A DNA stretch of 64,000 bases, taken from positions 15,223 to 79,222 of the forward strand of contig JAJPHQ010000091.1 in NCBI GenBank assembly GCA_021325195.1. Direction: 5' to 3'. The DNA comes from Gammaproteobacteria bacterium (GTDB lineage Bacteria; Pseudomonadota; Gammaproteobacteria; Xanthomonadales; Rhodanobacteraceae). Below are positions 1-9,800 of this stretch, in pieces; position 1 is the stretch's first letter, and each line of letters begins with the position of its first letter. The notes beneath the pieces are model-generated. The model saw only the letters and a program-made list of their open reading frames with translations. It searched no databases and had not been told where the DNA came from. The position numbers and the translations under genes were made by a program.

Positions 1-39
1 CGATGATCCGTTCGTGTGGGGCATCGGTTGAGATCCGAC

Positions 40-1140
40 ATGCCGGCGTACGACCTGATCGTCGCGGGTGCGGGCATCGTGGGCGCGGCTTGCGCGCTGG
101 CCGCGGCCGAGGAAGGTTTGCGTGTCGCGGTCGTCGAACCGGGCCCGATCGGCGGCGGCGCGACCGCGGCGGGGATGGGACACCTGGTAGCGATGGACGA
201 ATCGCCCGCGGAATTCGCGCTGGCACGTTATTCGCTGCCGTGGTGGGAAGCCTGGGCCGAAGAGGCCGCCGCGGAATTCCGCCGCTGCGGCACCCTGTGG
301 GTGGCCGACGACGAAACCGGCATGGTGTCGCTGCAGGCCAGGTTTGCACGATTCGCCGCCGCAGACGTCGCGTGCGAGCGGCTGGATGCTGCGGCATTGC
401 GCGAAGCCGAGCCCGAACTCGCGCACGATCTTGCCGGCGGACTGCGCGTGCCCGGCGATGCGGTGGTGTATCCACCACAGGTCACGCGCCTGATGCTGGA
501 CCGCGTGAACGCGCGAGGCGGCGCGCTGCTGCACCGACGCAAAGTCGTCGCGCTGGAAAACGGCGGCGCCCGGCTCGACGACGGAACACGTCTCGCAGGT
601 CCCGTGCTGGTCGCCTGCGGTTGCGACACGCCCGCGTTGTTGCCGGAACTGGCGATCCGTCCGCGGCGCGGGCATCTGGTCGTCACCGACCGTTACCCAG
701 ACTGGCTGCACCACCAGGTGGTCGAAACCGGTTACGCCGCCAGTGCACACGGCGACGCGGACGAGAGCGTGGCCTGCAACGTGCAGCCGCGTCCCGGCGG
801 TCAACTGCTGGTCGGTTCCTCGCGCGAATACGGACGCACGGGAAACGCCGTTTCAATGTCCCTGCTGGCGCGCATGCTGCGACGCTGTTTCCGGTTCCTG
901 CCGGGCCTCGCGCGCTGCAAGGCGCTGCGCGCGTGGACGGGCTTTCGCCCCGCCACGTCCGACGGCCTGCCCTGCATCGGCGCGGTGCCGTCGCGGCGCA
1001 ACGTGTGGGTCGCGGCGGGTCACGAGGGCCTGGGTGTCACCACCGCGCCGGGCACCGCGCGACTGTTCGTCGATCTTTTGCTCGGGCGCGCGCCGCGGCT
1101 TGACCCCGCGCCCTATGCGCCGCTGCGAGGAATGACATGA
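40..1140 (+). CDS. FAD-dependent oxidoreductase, D-amino-acid / D-hydroxyproline dehydrogenase (opine oxidase subunit B)-like
   Basis: ORF 16..1140. Rossmann motif DLIVAGAGIVGAACA follows directly after the Met at 40. It is the first gene of an overlapping-stop operon with a 2Fe-2S subunit and a second FAD subunit. Confidence 0.8.
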   Translation: MPAYDLIVAGAGIVGAACALAAAEEGLRVAVVEPGPIGGGATAAGMGHLVAMDESPAEFALARYSLPWWEAWAEEAAAEFRRCGTLWVADDETGMVSLQARFARFAAADVACERLDAAALREAEPELAHDLAGGLRVPGDAVVYPPQVTRLMLDRVNARGGALLHRRKVVALENGGARLDDGTRLAGPVLVACGCDTPALLPELAIRPRRGHLVVTDRYPDWLHHQVVETGYAASAHGDADESVACNVQPRPGGQLLVGSSREYGRTGNAVSMSLLARMLRRCFRFLPGLARCKALRAWTGFRPATSDGLPCIGAVPSRRNVWVAAGHEGLGVTTAPGTARLFVDLLLGRAPRLDPAPYAPLRGMT

Positions 1141-1382
1141 ACGGCATGGTGCATTTGCGCATCGATGACGTCGCCGTGGAAGTGGCGGAAGGCGCCAGCG
1201 TCGCGGCCGCGATCGCGCGCGTGACGCCGCGCTTCCGGCTTTCGCGCAGCGGCAGGCCGCGCGGGCCGCTGTGCGGCATGGGCGTGTGCTTCGAATGCCG
1301 GGTGACGATCGGCGGCGAAGCGCACGCACTGGCGTGCATGACGCCGGTGCGCGAAGGCATGCAGGTGCGGACCGGTGGCTGA
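1137..1382 (+). CDS. (2Fe-2S)-binding small subunit of the heteromeric dehydrogenase
   Basis: 81-aa ORF with a Cys cluster (CGMGVCFECRV...ACM). Its ATG overlaps the upstream stop (ATGA), and its end overlaps the next gene's start. Confidence 0.75.
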   Translation: MNGMVHLRIDDVAVEVAEGASVAAAIARVTPRFRLSRSGRPRGPLCGMGVCFECRVTIGGEAHALACMTPVREGMQVRTGG

Positions 1383-2655
1383 GCGCTGCGACGTGCTGGT
1401 GATCGGCGCGGGGCCGGCAGGTCTCGCCGCGGCCGCGGCGGCCGCCGGGCAAGGCGTCGACGTGATGCTGCTCGACGCGCAGCCGCGCGCGGGCGGACAG
1501 GTGTGGCGGCACGACATCGCGCACCGGGCACCCCGCCGCGCACGGCACGCCTTGCGGCGCGTTGCCGCGGTGAAGCGGCATTTCGGCATCCGGGTGGTCG
1601 ATGCGGATGCCTCGGCGCGCATGCTGCGGGTGGAAGATGCGCTGCACGCACGCGAATTCGGCTGGGACCGGCTGATCCTCGCCACCGGCGCGCGCGAGCT
1701 GTGCCTGCCGTTTCCCGGCGGGACGCTGCCCGGCGTGACCGGCGCGGGCGGCCTGCAGGCGCTGGTGAAACAGGGCTGGCCGGTTTCCGGAAAGCGCGTC
1801 GTCGTCGCCGGCAGCGGACCGTTGCTACTGGCCGCCGCGGCCTCGTTGCGGGCGCACCGCGCGCGGGTGCTCGCGATCGTGGAACAGGCCGCGCGGCACG
1901 ACGTGCACGCTTTCGCGCGCGCGCTGTGGCGCTGGCCGGACAAGCTGGCGCAGGCCGTGCAACTGCGCGCGAGGCTGCTCGGTGTGCCGATTCACTACGG
2001 CGCGGTGGTGCGTGCCGCGCGCGGCGACGGCACTTTGTGCGGTGTCGAGATCGACAGCGCTGGCGTGTCCGTCGAACTCGCCTGCGATCACCTCGCCGCC
2101 GGCTTCGGCCTGGTGCCCGACGCCGGCTTCGGGCGTTTGCTGGGCTGCGAACTCACCGCAGCAACCCAGCCCGCGATTCGCGTGGATGCGCTGCAGCGAA
2201 CGAGTGTAGAAAGCGTGTTCGCGGCGGGCGAATGCTGCGGCATTGGCGGGATGGACAAGGCCCGCATCGAAGGTGCGATCGCAGGCCACGCCGCGGTCGG
2301 CGACGAGTCCGTGGCGCGCGCGCTGTTCGCGGCGCGCGATCGTGCGCGACGTTTCGCCGACGCGGTGGCGCATACCTTCACGCTCGATCCGCGCACGCGC
2401 ACGCTGGCCGATGGCGAAACCACCGTATGCCGTTGCGAGGACGTCACGCTGGACGCACTGCGCGCCTTCCACGACGCGCGTGCGGCCAAGCTGGCCACCC
2501 GCTGCGGCATGGGCGCGTGCCAGGGCCGCATCTGCGGCGCGGCGCTCGCAGAACTCTTCGGCTGGTCGTGGCACGGTCATCCGCGCCAACCCCTTTTCCC
2601 CGCACGGCTGGCCTCGCTGGCCGACGAATCCCTTGCACGCAGGAGTTGTCCATGA
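1375..2655 (+). CDS. FAD/NAD(P)-binding oxidoreductase subunit (opine oxidase subunit A / LhpD-like) with BFD-like 2Fe-2S motif
   Basis: GTG start. Has the dinucleotide motif VLVIGAGPAGLAAA and a C-terminal CRCEDV...CGMGACQGRIC motif. Confidence 0.8.
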   Translation: MAERCDVLVIGAGPAGLAAAAAAAGQGVDVMLLDAQPRAGGQVWRHDIAHRAPRRARHALRRVAAVKRHFGIRVVDADASARMLRVEDALHAREFGWDRLILATGARELCLPFPGGTLPGVTGAGGLQALVKQGWPVSGKRVVVAGSGPLLLAAAASLRAHRARVLAIVEQAARHDVHAFARALWRWPDKLAQAVQLRARLLGVPIHYGAVVRAARGDGTLCGVEIDSAGVSVELACDHLAAGFGLVPDAGFGRLLGCELTAATQPAIRVDALQRTSVESVFAAGECCGIGGMDKARIEGAIAGHAAVGDESVARALFAARDRARRFADAVAHTFTLDPRTRTLADGETTVCRCEDVTLDALRAFHDARAAKLATRCGMGACQGRICGAALAELFGWSWHGHPRQPLFPARLASLADESLARRSCP

Positions 2656-3554
2656 GCAAGCAGAAATTCTGGCGCGGCGTGTTGCCGGCCATCACCACGC
2701 CGTTCGATGCGAACGGCGCCATCGACCACGCGTTCCTCGCCGATCATGCGAAACGGATGATCGCCGCGGGCTGCGGCGGGATCGTGCCGCTGGGTTCGCT
2801 GGGCGAAGGCAACGCGCTCATGTTCGAGGAAAAGCTGGCGGTGCTGCGCACGCTGGTCGAAACGCTGCCGGAGCATCCGGTGATTCCGGGCATCGGCGCG
2901 TTTTCCACCGGCGAGGCGGTCCGCCTCGCGCGCGAAGCCGAAAAGATCGGCTGCCGCGGCTTGATGGTGCTGCCACCTTATGTATATGTCGGTGACGCAG
3001 AGGAGATGCAGACCCACGTGTCGGCGGTGATTGACGCGACGAAGTTGCCGTGCCTGCTCTACAACAACCCGATCGCCTACCGCACCGATTTTCTTCCGGA
3101 ACACATCGCCGCGCTGGCGGAACGCCACGCCAACCTCGAAGCGGTCAAGGAGTCGTCCACCGACGTGCGCCGCGTCACCGCGATCCGCGCGCTGATCGGC
3201 GATCGTCTCGACATCCTGGTCGGCGTGGACGACGCGATCGTCGAAGGCGTTGCGGCCGGCGCGGTCGGCTGGATCGCGGGGTTGGTCAATGCGTATCCCA
3301 AGGAATCGGTGCGCTTGTTCGAACTCGCGCGCGAAGGCAAACACGTCGAAGTCGATGCACTGTACCGCTGGTTCCTGCCGTTGCTGCGCCTCGACACGGT
3401 GCCCAAGTTCGTGCAGCTGATCAAGCTCACCCAGCAACAAGTCGGGATGGGCAGCGAACGCGTGCGCGCACCGCGCAGGGTGTTGGCGGGCGCCGAGCGC
3501 GAGGCCACTTTGGCCTTGATCGCGGAAGCCGAACACAACAAGCCGGAGGTGTGA
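2652..3554 (+). CDS. Dihydrodipicolinate synthase/NAL-family lyase; by context probably delta1-pyrroline-4-hydroxy-2-carboxylate deaminase
   Basis: This is the 3' 300 codons of ORF 1503..3554, starting at MSKQKFWRGVLPAITTPF. It shows a DHDPS-family pattern (GGIVPLGSLGEG, LMVLPPYVY). The ATG at 2652 overlaps the upstream stop. Confidence 0.8.
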   Translation: MSKQKFWRGVLPAITTPFDANGAIDHAFLADHAKRMIAAGCGGIVPLGSLGEGNALMFEEKLAVLRTLVETLPEHPVIPGIGAFSTGEAVRLAREAEKIGCRGLMVLPPYVYVGDAEEMQTHVSAVIDATKLPCLLYNNPIAYRTDFLPEHIAALAERHANLEAVKESSTDVRRVTAIRALIGDRLDILVGVDDAIVEGVAAGAVGWIAGLVNAYPKESVRLFELAREGKHVEVDALYRWFLPLLRLDTVPKFVQLIKLTQQQVGMGSERVRAPRRVLAGAEREATLALIAEAEHNKPEV

Positions 3555-3555
3555 G

Positions 3556-5145
3556 ATGGAGCCGCTGCTGATCGCGGGGCATTGGCAGTCGTCGCAGGAA
3601 TGGGTCGCATCGTTCCGCGCGGAAAATCCCGCGACGGGCGAGACGATCGGGCCGGAGTTTCCGGTCAGCGGTGCGGCCGACGTGGAACTCGCGCTGGCCA
3701 GCGCGTCGGCCGTTGCGCCGGAACTGGCCGCCGCAGAACCCGAACGGATCGGCGCGTTCCTCGATGCCTACGCCGAACGGCTCGAAGCCGCGGCGGACGA
3801 ACTGTGCGCAATCGCCGACGGGGAAACCGCGCTGGGCGTGAAGCCGCGCCTGCGCGAAGTCGAACTACCGCGCACGCTGAACCAGCTCAGGCAGGCGGCC
3901 CAGGTGGCGCGTTCGCGGGCGTGGACCGAGCCGGTGATCGACACGCGCGCGGGTCTGCGCACGTGCTTCGCGCCGCTCAGCAAGCCGGTTGCGATATTCG
4001 GCCCCAACAACTTTCCGCTGGCGTTCAACGCGGTGTCGGGCGGCGATTTCGCGGCCGCGATCGCGGCGCGCAATCCGGTGATCGCCAAGGCGCATCCCGC
4101 GCACCCGCAGACCTGCCGCAAGCTCGCCGGACTGGCGCATCGCGCGCTGGGCGATGCCGGTCTTCCCGCGGCCACGGTGCAGATGATCTATCACCTCCCG
4201 GCGGCGCTCGGCTTGAAGCTGGTGTCCGACCGGCGGCTGGGCGCCGCGGCGTTCACCGGCAGCCGCGCGGGCGGACTCGCGCTGAAGCAAGCCGCCGACC
4301 AGGCCGGCGTGCCGTTCTACGCCGAGATGTCCAGCATCAATCCGGTATTCATGCTGCCGGGCGCATTGGCCGAACGCGGCGACGAGATCGCGAAAGAATT
4401 CGTCGCGTCGTGTCTTGCCGGCTGCGGCCAGTTCTGCACCAACCCCGGCGTGGTGGTGGTGCCGCGCGGTGCGTCAGGTGACGCGTTCGTCGCTGCCGCG
4501 CGCAAGGCGTTCGAGACCGCGCCGGCCGGGGTGCTGCTGGCGCGGGCGGTGCTCGATCACCTGCAGCAATCGGTCTCCGGATTGCGCCGCGCGGGCGCCG
4601 AAGTGCTGTGCGGTGGCAGCCGCGGCGACGGGCCGGGCTATCGTTTCCGTCCCACCCTGCTCGGCACCGGCGCGGCGCACTTCATCGCGCATGCGGCGGC
4701 GCTGCAGCAGGAAGCGTTCGGTCCGGTCAGCCTGATCGTGCGCGCCGACGGCGAGGCAGAAATGGAATCGGTCGCGCGGGTGTTCGAGGGCAATCTCACC
4801 GGCACGCTGTACAGCGCACGCGACGGCCACGACGACGCGCTCGCGGCACGGATCGCGCGAACGCTGCGTTCGCGCGTGGGGCGTCTGCTCAACGACAGGA
4901 TGCCGACCGGCGTCGCGGTGAGTCCCGCGATGAACCACGGCGGTCCGTATCCCGCGACGGGCCATCCGGGCTTCACCTCGGTGGGCCTGCCCGCGTCGAT
5001 CCGCCGCTTCGCCGCGCTGGAATGCTACGACCACGTGCGCGAGGACCGCCTGCCGCCGGAACTGCGCGACAAGAATCCGGACGGACGCTTGCAGCGCTGC
5101 ATCGACGGTGTGTGGACCGCCGCCGATATCGGGATGGCCGCATGA
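3556..5145 (+). CDS. Aldehyde dehydrogenase family; by context alpha-ketoglutaric semialdehyde dehydrogenase
   Basis: 529-aa ORF with ALDH-family architecture (FTGS, GQFCTNPG catalytic Cys region, EAFGPV). It is the last enzymatic step expected in a Hyp-type operon. Confidence 0.8.
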   Translation: MEPLLIAGHWQSSQEWVASFRAENPATGETIGPEFPVSGAADVELALASASAVAPELAAAEPERIGAFLDAYAERLEAAADELCAIADGETALGVKPRLREVELPRTLNQLRQAAQVARSRAWTEPVIDTRAGLRTCFAPLSKPVAIFGPNNFPLAFNAVSGGDFAAAIAARNPVIAKAHPAHPQTCRKLAGLAHRALGDAGLPAATVQMIYHLPAALGLKLVSDRRLGAAAFTGSRAGGLALKQAADQAGVPFYAEMSSINPVFMLPGALAERGDEIAKEFVASCLAGCGQFCTNPGVVVVPRGASGDAFVAAARKAFETAPAGVLLARAVLDHLQQSVSGLRRAGAEVLCGGSRGDGPGYRFRPTLLGTGAAHFIAHAAALQQEAFGPVSLIVRADGEAEMESVARVFEGNLTGTLYSARDGHDDALAARIARTLRSRVGRLLNDRMPTGVAVSPAMNHGGPYPATGHPGFTSVGLPASIRRFAALECYDHVREDRLPPELRDKNPDGRLQRCIDGVWTAADIGMAA

Positions 5146-6749
5146 ACGCCGATCACGCGATGGCCGCGGCAGAAGGGATCGGCGGCGCGGCGGCGCACGG
5201 GCGGTTCAAGAAACAGCTTTCCCTCACCGACCTGACCTTCATCGGCTTGGGCGCGATCTTCGGTTCCGGCTGGCTGTTTTCGGCGAGCCATGTCGCCAAC
5301 ATCGCGGGTCCCGCCGGCATCGTGTCGTGGTTGATCGGCGGCGCCGCGGTGCTTCTGCTGGGCCTGGTGTATTGCGAACTGGGTGCCGCGCTGCCGCACT
5401 CGGGCGGCGTGGTGCGCTATCCCGTGTATTCGCACGGCGCGCTGCTCGGGTATCTGATGGGGCTGATCACGCTGATCGCGTTTTCCAGCCTGATCGCGAT
5501 CGAGGTGACGGCGTGCCGGCAGTACGCATCGGCCTGGTTCCCGCAACTGACACAGACGGGTTCGCAATCGCCCACCTTGCTCGGCTGGTGCGTGCAGCTC
5601 GCGATCCTCATCGTGTTCTTCCTCTTGAACTATTTCAGTGTCAAGGTGTTCGCGCGCGCCAACAACATCGTCAGCGTGTTCAAGTTCGTGGTGCCGCTGA
5701 CGGTGATCGTGGTGCTGTTGTGGTTCTTCCATGCGGCGAACCTCACCGCGCACGGCATCGCGCCGTTCGGTTTTGCGGGCGTGGCGGGCGCGGTGTCGGC
5801 CGGCGGCATCATCTTCGCGTATCTGGGTTTGACGCCGATCGTGTCGGTGGCGGGCGAGGTGCACGACCCGCAGCGCAACATCCCGATCGCGCTGATCCTG
5901 TCGGTGACGTTGTCCACCATCATCTATCTGTTGCTGCAGGTCGCGTTCCTGGGCGGCGTGCCGCCGGCGCTCGTCACCCACGGCTGGCGCGGCATCGACA
6001 AGCTGTTCGAGCTGCCGTTCCACGACATCGCGATCGCGCTGGGGATCGGCTGGCTGTCGTTCCTGGTGGTGTGCGACGCGGTGATCTCGCCGTCGGGCTG
6101 CGGCAACATCTACATGAACGCGGCGCCGCGCGTGGTGTACGGCTGGGCGCGCGGCGGCACCTTCTTCAGGGCGTTCACGCGGGTCGATGCGAAGTCGGGA
6201 ATTCCGCGCGCGGCGCTTTGGCTGACCTTCGCGCTGTCGATTTTCTGGACGCTGCCGTTTCCCTCGTGGTCGGCCATGATCAACGTGGTCTCCGCCGCGC
6301 TGGTATTGAGCTACGCGGTCGCGCCGATCACCGCCGCCGCGCTGCGCCGCAACGCGCCGGGCATGCCGCGACCGTTCCGGGTGCGCGGCTTTGCGGTGAT
6401 CGGGCCGCTTTCGTTCATGGTCGCCGCGCTGATCGTGTACTGGTCGGGCTGGTCCACGCTGTCGTGGCTGCTGGGCCTGCAGATCGTGCTGTTCGTGATC
6501 TACGTGCCGTGCGCGCGACGTTCGGCAAAGCTGCGCACGACGCTTGCACAGGACGTCCGCTCGTCAATGTGGTTGATCGGCTTCTACGCGGCGATGTTGA
6601 TCCTGTCGTGGCTCGGCACGTTCGGTGGCTGGAACGTGATCCGCGCGCCATGGGATTCCGTGCTGGCGGCGATCATCGCGTTGCTCGTTTATTACTGGGG
6701 TGCGCGTACGGGCGTGCCGTACTCGCCGATAATCGGCGATGAGGATTGA
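5142..6749 (+). CDS. APC-family amino acid permease
   Basis: This is the 3' part of ORF 4608..6749, beginning MNADHAM at 5142 (ATGA overlap with the ALDH stop). It has about 12 hydrophobic segments and the motif GLGAIFGSGWLF. Confidence 0.8.
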   Translation: MNADHAMAAAEGIGGAAAHGRFKKQLSLTDLTFIGLGAIFGSGWLFSASHVANIAGPAGIVSWLIGGAAVLLLGLVYCELGAALPHSGGVVRYPVYSHGALLGYLMGLITLIAFSSLIAIEVTACRQYASAWFPQLTQTGSQSPTLLGWCVQLAILIVFFLLNYFSVKVFARANNIVSVFKFVVPLTVIVVLLWFFHAANLTAHGIAPFGFAGVAGAVSAGGIIFAYLGLTPIVSVAGEVHDPQRNIPIALILSVTLSTIIYLLLQVAFLGGVPPALVTHGWRGIDKLFELPFHDIAIALGIGWLSFLVVCDAVISPSGCGNIYMNAAPRVVYGWARGGTFFRAFTRVDAKSGIPRAALWLTFALSIFWTLPFPSWSAMINVVSAALVLSYAVAPITAAALRRNAPGMPRPFRVRGFAVIGPLSFMVAALIVYWSGWSTLSWLLGLQIVLFVIYVPCARRSAKLRTTLAQDVRSSMWLIGFYAAMLILSWLGTFGGWNVIRAPWDSVLAAIIALLVYYWGARTGVPYSPIIGDED

Positions 6750-6850
6750 GCGGGCGTACATGACGGCGGCATTGGTGCGGCTGCGCCTGGAAGGAGCCCG
6801 CATGTCGCGACCTGCGACTGGATGGCGGTGAACGTGAATTCCGAGGGCTG

Positions 6851-9800
6851 ATGACGATGAAGATTTGGGGCGTCGCAAAGGTTCTGGGCTGCGGACTATG
6901 CCTTTCCGCGTTGGCGGTATCCGTGGTGCACGCGCAGGATGCCCGGTCACCACACAGTCCGCAAAAGACGACGACACCGCCCGCATTGCAATTCCACTAC
7001 ATGGGTCCGCCGGCGGGCGGGCGCGTCGCGTCGGTGGCCGGTGTGCCGGGCGATGATTCCACGTATTACCTCGGGGCGGCGTCGGGCGGCCTGTGGAAGT
7101 CCACGGACGGCGGGCACACCTTCCTGCCGATCTTCGATGACCAGGACACGGCCGCGATCGGCGCCATCGCGGTCGCGCCTTCCGATTCCAACACCGTCTG
7201 GGTCGGTACCGGCGAGCCGTGGTTCATCCGTCCCAGCGACATCTGGGGCGACGGCGTGTACAAGTCCACTGACGCCGGCAAGACCTGGCAGCACGTGGGT
7301 CTGGTGGACACCGGCCGGATCGCGCGCATCGCGATCAATCCGAAGAATCCCGACAACGTGCTGGTGTGTGCCGAGGGACGCGGCAACAGTCCGCAACAGG
7401 AACGCGGCGTCTTTCGCACGACCGACGGCGGCAAGAGCTGGACGCGCACGCTGTTCGTCAACGAGCACACGGGTTGCAGCGGACTGAGTATCGACCCAGG
7501 CAATCCCGATACTGTTCTCGCAGGCATGTGGCAGGTGACGGGACGGACCTGGGCGGAAGACAGCGGCGGCCCGGGTAGTGGCGTGTACATCTCGCACGAC
7601 AACGGGCGCACCTGGCAGCACCTCGGCAACGGACGGCCGACACCGCCGCTGGGGAAGATCGACGTCACCATCGCGCTGTCCAGTCCGCAGCGGATGTACG
7701 CGCTGATCCAGACCAGGGATCAGGGCTCGGTGTGGCGCAGCGACGATGGCGGCGCCAGCTGGAAGGTGGTGAGCCACGACCGCAACCTCATCATGCGCGC
7801 CGGTTACTACATCTTCATCGAGGCCAACCCCAAGGATCCGAACGGCGTACTGGTGTTGAACAGCGGCCCGCATTACTCCAGCGACGGCGGCAAGACCTTC
7901 TCGGGCGAGGGCGGCAAGAACGTGAAGCCGCTGGGTCCTGCCTCCTGCGGCGACTGCCACGACGCGTGGATCGATCCGACCAACCCCGCGCACTACGTGC
8001 TGACCGATGACGGCGGCGCGCAGATCGCGACGGGCGCGGGCACCGCGCTCACGGTCGCGTTGCCGATCGGCCAGATCTATCACGTCGCCAGCGACAACCA
8101 GGTTCCGTACTGGATCTACGGCAACCGCCAGGACGACGGCGCGTGGCGGCTGTCCAGCGACATGTCGCAACCGAGCGGCAACGGCCTGCTGCCGAAGGAT
8201 GAATTCATGCCGGAAGGACACGGCTTCCGAAGGTTCTTCGACGAAGACGAAGACGGGTCCGAAGGCAAGCAAAAAATCGACAAGGCACTGCTCGCGAAAT
8301 ATCCCAAGGCCGCGCCGCCTCCGAAAGGCTGGGCGCTGGGCCCCGACGACACGGTCAAGACGCCGCCGGATCGCAGCGGCTTCGAAGGCCCCAACGAAGC
8401 GTTGCCGACGTACCAGTATTTCCCGAATGCCTGCGAATCGGGGTTCACGATCCCGAGCCCCGATGACCCGGACATCGTGTGGTCGTCGTGTTACGCCAAC
8501 AATCTCTACCGCTTCGACCTGACGCAGGGCACGCCGCATTCGGTTTCGCCGTCGCATATCGCTCTGGATTCGCCGCCCAACGAGACCAGGTACCGCTGCC
8601 ACTGGACTTCGCCGCTGGCGATCGATCCCTTCGATCCGAAGAACGTTTACTTCGGTTGCCAGATGGTGCTGCGCACCCAGGATGCCGGGCACTCGTGGAT
8701 CGAATTCAGCCCCGATCTTTCGACCCGCGATCCTTCGCGGATCGTGCCCAGCGGCGGTCTGATGCAGGACAACCTCGGCCAGTATTACGGCGAGGTGGTC
8801 TGGTCGATGGCGTTCTCGCCCATCCAAAAGGGCCTGCTGTGGGCCGGCACCAACGACGGCAAACTCTGGTACACCACGAGCGCAGAGTCGCAACAGGCGC
8901 CGCAGTGGATCGACGTCACCCAAAACCTGCACCTGCCGCCGTGGGGCGAGATCAACCAGATCGCGCCTTCGCACTTTCATCCGGGCACGGTGTACATCGC
9001 CGTGGATTTCCGCTGGGCGGGGCAGAACGACGTCAGGCCGTATGTCCTGATGACGACGGATTACGGCAAGACCTGGAAGAACATTTCCGGTGACCTGCCT
9101 TCCGGCAATCCGCTCGACTACGTGCTTTCGGTTGCCGAGAATCCGAATCGCGAGGGCATGCTGTTCGCCGGTACCGGCCACGCCTTCTATTACACACTGG
9201 ACAACGGCAGGCACTGGATTCACTTCAACAAGGGACTGCCGCCGTCGCCGGTGAGCTGGATCAACGTCGAGCCGCGGATGCACGACGTGGACGTGTCCAC
9301 CTACGGACGCGGCGACTACATCCTGCCCGACATCGTCACGCTGGAGCAGACCGGCAGCACTGAGCAGCCGCACAGCGGACGCACGCGCCTGTTCAAGCCG
9401 GGGCCGGTGTTTCGCCAAGCGCGCGGCGCCTATCCCACGGCCGGGCAACCGGCACGGCCGCAATTCCAGTTCTATCTCGCGAGCGTGCCCAAAAATCCGG
9501 TGCAACTGCAAATCCTGGATGATCAGGGCAAGGTGATCCGCACCGAAAAGCTGGATGCACACCAGGGATTGAACGGCGCGTATTGGGATCTTTTTTACGA
9601 CATGCCCACCGACGTCAAGCTGCGCACCACGCCGCCCGAGAATCCGTACATCTGGGACGAGCCGCGCTACAAGGGCAAGGATTTCCGCACCATCATCCAC
9701 TGGGGCATCGACGCACACACCGGCACGCCCATCGCAGCGCCGGGCGATTACCAGGTCCGGCTCACGCTGGATGGCAAGTCGTACACGCAGCCGTTCCAGG

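Noticed and set aside
1503-3554. Taking the 683-aa ORF as one gene. The same question applies to 4608-6749, 13816-15534, 53524-56187 and 38844-40088 as single long genes.
   Set aside because: Only the 3' parts carry family motifs. The 5' parts overlap well-supported genes in other frames and are low-complexity. Internal ATGs with ATGA/TGATG coupling to the upstream stop give normal-length proteins.
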